Assembly: GCA_030704615.1 (NCBI GenBank) | Contig: CM060731.1 | Span: 89,900,001-89,964,000, forward strand | DNA: 64,000 nt | From: Takakia lepidozioides | Lineage: Eukaryota > Plantae > Bryophyta | Direction: 5' to 3' | Part shown: positions 60,586 through 64,000 of the stretch, in pieces | Layout of the letters: every line of letters starts with the position of its first letter | Numbering within the stretch: the stretch's first letter is position 1 | Translations under genes and position numbers: made by a program | Notes under the pieces: model-generated | Database searches by the model: none | What the model was told of the DNA's origin: nothing | Seen by the model: only the letters and a program-made list of their open reading frames with translations

Positions 60586-62981
60586 CGTTTTACTTCATAC
60601 TACGTGCATCGGCTAAACTCGTGGAAGACCAGCGTGAGAATGTGACGTGGAGTTTGAATAAGGAACGGATGACCTCTTTAGGCCCTGGCCGCACCAGCTG
60701 TTACCGAGCAGGCCTTACTAAGGTATGCTAAAAATAGGTTTGCCACGGCATGTAAGGTATTTAGCTAACGAGCAGCCGCACCAACATTTAGCGTAGCTAC
60801 GTGTAGCTATTGTTAAAGATGATATGTTTTGCCCAAAGTGCCCCAGTGCCCGTGCAGATGCTCGAACTCCCCGCGCAAGATTTCCTCTGAGCCTGCTGAA
60901 GTGTTCCGCTACTCTTCTGTTATGTGCGAATGCATTCAAGAACTCCTCCTTCTTCCCTCATCTTGCTCATTCCTTTCTGGCGGCTATCATGACGTCTACA
61001 TCGTCCGAGGCAGGTATTGTCGGGAGCCAAAGGTCTGGACCAGTTTAGGAGGTATTATCTTTTGTAAGACCCGCTGGTTCCGGGTATTGGCGGTGTGAGG
61101 TTGTGGACATACCCGCCGGAGACCAATACTAGATTTATTTACGATTTTACATATCCGGGGGTTATCAATCAAGCCCATTATCAAAATTATTAGACAACAT
61201 GTCAATAACAATCAAACATGGATGATAACCTATTGTTATAAACCCGGGGCCGGGGTTTAAAAAAAATTCTTCAAACCATTTTTAAGAGCGCCCTATCCAT
61301 GTAAAATTTATCCAAACTTATCAAAGTGATGGGTAATTATACTAACTAATTAAATCAAAATGTTATCTACTAACTCCGGGTCCACATACCCGCATTGATA
61401 CCTGTGTTGATACCCTCTACGTACCCAATACCCTCCCAACACTCGTTTGGACCTAAATATGAGGATTTAACTTTGTAATGCTCTGACTCGGTCTTGTGTC
61501 TCTCAAAATAGTTGTAGACATCCTTTCTGTGCCCCTCCTGTATCAACACACGTTGTATGAGGGAGTCTCCTATCTCCATGTGATGCACAAAGATAATTCA
61601 ATCAGTTTTCTTTCTCTAGAGTTCAACTAAGTTTCTTTCTTTTATGTCCCAGTTCTTTTGGATTGCTGACCTTCACAAAGAGAAGAGAGAGAGAACATAG
61701 GCAGATACTTAATGCCACGAACAGATGACAACGGATAACCATAGCCTCCGTTCACAAGGACTACATCCTCTTTCTTTTCATGCCTTTCATTTCCACAGTC
61801 TTCATCTATTGCAGGATTTACTGACATGGTCAAAGAGATGATGGTTAGTTTCTCGATCCCTCGATGTTCCTTCTGCCCACGACATCACCAAGCACACCTC
61901 CTTTGAACTGTTGTTTGTTATTTTTATTTTTTTCAAATTTGTTGTTTCTTACATTACGTATTGTCATGACCGCTACCCCACCTCCTCCATCCTAGACAAA
62001 TGACAGAAATATGCTCCTCCCATCCTCGCTCTCTGCCAACATGGTTGGAACACCGGACCTCTATCCATCATCACGGCCGGTACTAGAGATGGCATTCACA
62101 ATGCCAGCATCACCGCACTACACAAAACCTTTAAAATCTCTATCTCCCCTATACACAAATGCTTCAAAGTTATACACCTTAGGGCACACCGCTCCCTAAC
62201 AACCATCATAACCAACAAACGTCAACTCGAATCCAACCTACCCTTGATATCCTAGGCCCCCCGGGTTACCCCGGGTGCCCTAGGTACCCCTGATACCCCT
62301 ACCCCCAGGTACTCGATGTCCCCTGGACACCTGTCTTCTTAGGGGGCCTACCCCCGAGAGGGGGCAGTAGCCGTAAGGCGAACTGGCTCTTATGCCGTTA
62401 CGCCGGCTTTGGCCGGAGTCATCTCTCTCTCTCTCTCTCTCTCTGCAACTCGAGTATGATGACCATCGCCCTGTTCTTTTCAAGGGGAGGTGGTTCCAAC
62501 CCCACACCGTAGGGTGACGAGCCCTGAGCACGCACGGTCAGGGTGACATCATATTAGCTAGGGGGGTCGTGGTAAGTCGCGGTGTAGGTTGGGCTCACTG
62601 AACCGCCTACCCAACTGCGGTTAGTGTAGGGGGTCCGTGGTTGTAGATGGTGTCTATGGTCAATAACTAATTCCTACCGGCAAAACGGAGTTGAATACTC
62701 ATTTTCACAGGGTGAGTTTGCGTTTTCTAAGTCCTACGGGACTACTACACTTGTTTCAGTAACTGCCTTCCAAGTCTTTTATTAACTAATTCGTACTGCC
62801 TAGGCCTACGAGCCGCCTATAGCCGGGATGTATTTTTATCCCTTCACAAATCCTTGCTCGTGCTCCACAATGAAGTCTGAGCAACTATGGCAGACAACTC
62901 CGCCATACCATACATGTCTTCCTGCTCTCCCGGAGGTGGCACATCCACTGAATGAGCGTTGCCCTCAAGCAACTCTCCAGG

Positions 62982-63212
62982 TCAACTCACTGCCACTTTG
63001 AATGCTGCTAGTGTCGGCATCTTGCCCCGCTGGGCAACCGCAACTCCTCCTATGAATGTCACAAGGAGCTGCACACGCCGGCCCTCCCCTGACTGCCATC
63101 CAGGCCTATAGAAAGCTGATTCCTCCCAAAAATCCAGGATGAAGCCCATGGGGTACAACACTGCCCCACCAACTAGGACATCGTACAAGACCACGTCTGT
63201 CACAATGGTCTT
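62982..63212 (-). mobile_element. Retroelement aspartyl-protease C-terminal fragment
   Basis: YDVLVGGAVLYPMGFILDFWEE...YRPGWQ fits the retropepsin D-x-L-x-G...L pattern. Confidence 0.5.
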
Positions 63213-63213
63213 G

Positions 63214-64000
63214 GCAGTCGAGGGTTTTCGTGGTGGTTCGCCATGAAATGGCATGGCTGGTTATGAAACCCCCGCGGACAGCTACAGAAGTATATATAGG
63301 GAGTAGTAACCCCGAGAACGGTGCAAGCCCGTTGGCGACCAAAAACTAGTGAGTAAGCGAGCGAGCCGGAAAGCGACCAAAGAGTGGGGAGCTGTTCCGG
63401 ACTGCCATCTACCAAAGGGAATTCTCCTAGTCCCAAATAGGTGGAGGGTTTAGAGGGAAGCGGAAGGGGACCGTTATGTCCCGGTGAGCAGCCGAAACTC
63501 CAAGTTGGCCCGGCGGCCAGGTTGGGAGTCAGGCGCGCGCATCAAAGCGAGTAACTATGACTTGAAGGGGAGTTTACCGAACTGAGGTGTGCGACACTTG
63601 GTATCAGAGCTTAGAGTTCAGTACGCGATCGTCCTTGGGATTGGCCTCATCATGGGGTCGGGCAAGCCGAAGCGAAAGCGGAACGGCCCAAAAGATGATG
63701 ATCCCGGTGAGCCCGATGGGGCGACGTGTCACCGAGGCGGCCGTTTGAGGAAGCGATTAATGTTTCCGAAAACGAGGCCGCTCAGGAGCGGAGGAATCCG
63801 AGGAGTCGGAGCCCGAGGAATTTGAGAGCTCCGACAAACCAAGAGATGCCTCCCATGCCGGCAACCTTTTGGGAAGGGTTGTTGGCGCAGTTTGGCGGGA
63901 CGTTGAAAGACGTGTTGAAGGCGGCTAATGCCACTTCCACCAAGGCAAAGTTTAAGGTGAAGCCTAAGGAACCCGGCACCTTCGAGGGCGTTCGAAACCG
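63214..64000 (+). mobile_element. Ty3/gypsy element start: 5'-truncated LTR (ends ...GCGACA at 63596), tRNA-iMet PBS, frameshifted gag running off the window
   Basis: PBS TGGTATCAGAGC at 63599-63610; gag ATG at 63652 homologous to 21205; LTR homologous to the solo LTR. Confidence 0.9.

Noticed and set aside
60600-62250. Possible Helitron or integrase remnants
   Set aside because: Only vague similarity; no diagnostic motif could be supported.

Overview
Eukaryotic nuclear DNA with GT-AG introns, probably from a non-seed land plant (inferred from the PLS-type PPR motifs and an ALDH23-like gene). Host genes: intronless aldehyde dehydrogenase, prefoldin 2, a damaged p47/PUX UBX gene, an EMB975-like PPR gene and a 9-exon BUB3. 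They sit among L1 and other LINE remnants, a solo LTR and gag fragments, a SINE, piggyBac pieces and a full-length PIF/Harbinger element. The main finding is a 12.2-kb Mutator-like element (5708-17882; 9-bp TSD TTCTGACCC; degenerate TIRs). It carries a MULE/SWIM transposase and, divergently, a spliced gene fusing a ParB/Srx-like domain (DGNHRLLA) to a beta-class N4C/N6A DNA-methyltransferase-like domain. The predicted 2-kb first intron of that gene holds about 14 conserved 36-44-bp palindromes (GCTCAAACAGTGTGCG-N4-CGCACACTGTTTGAGC) in an ABC higher-order repeat. A scrambled relative at 38148-42277 keeps the same MTase tail and intron but has its own palindrome families. This suggests, as inference only, a transposon-encoded ParB/parS-like self-recognition or anti-silencing module. 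A DNMT3-like C5-MTase fragment is also present. All calls were made by eye with no database searches, and both MULE copies carry inactivating lesions.
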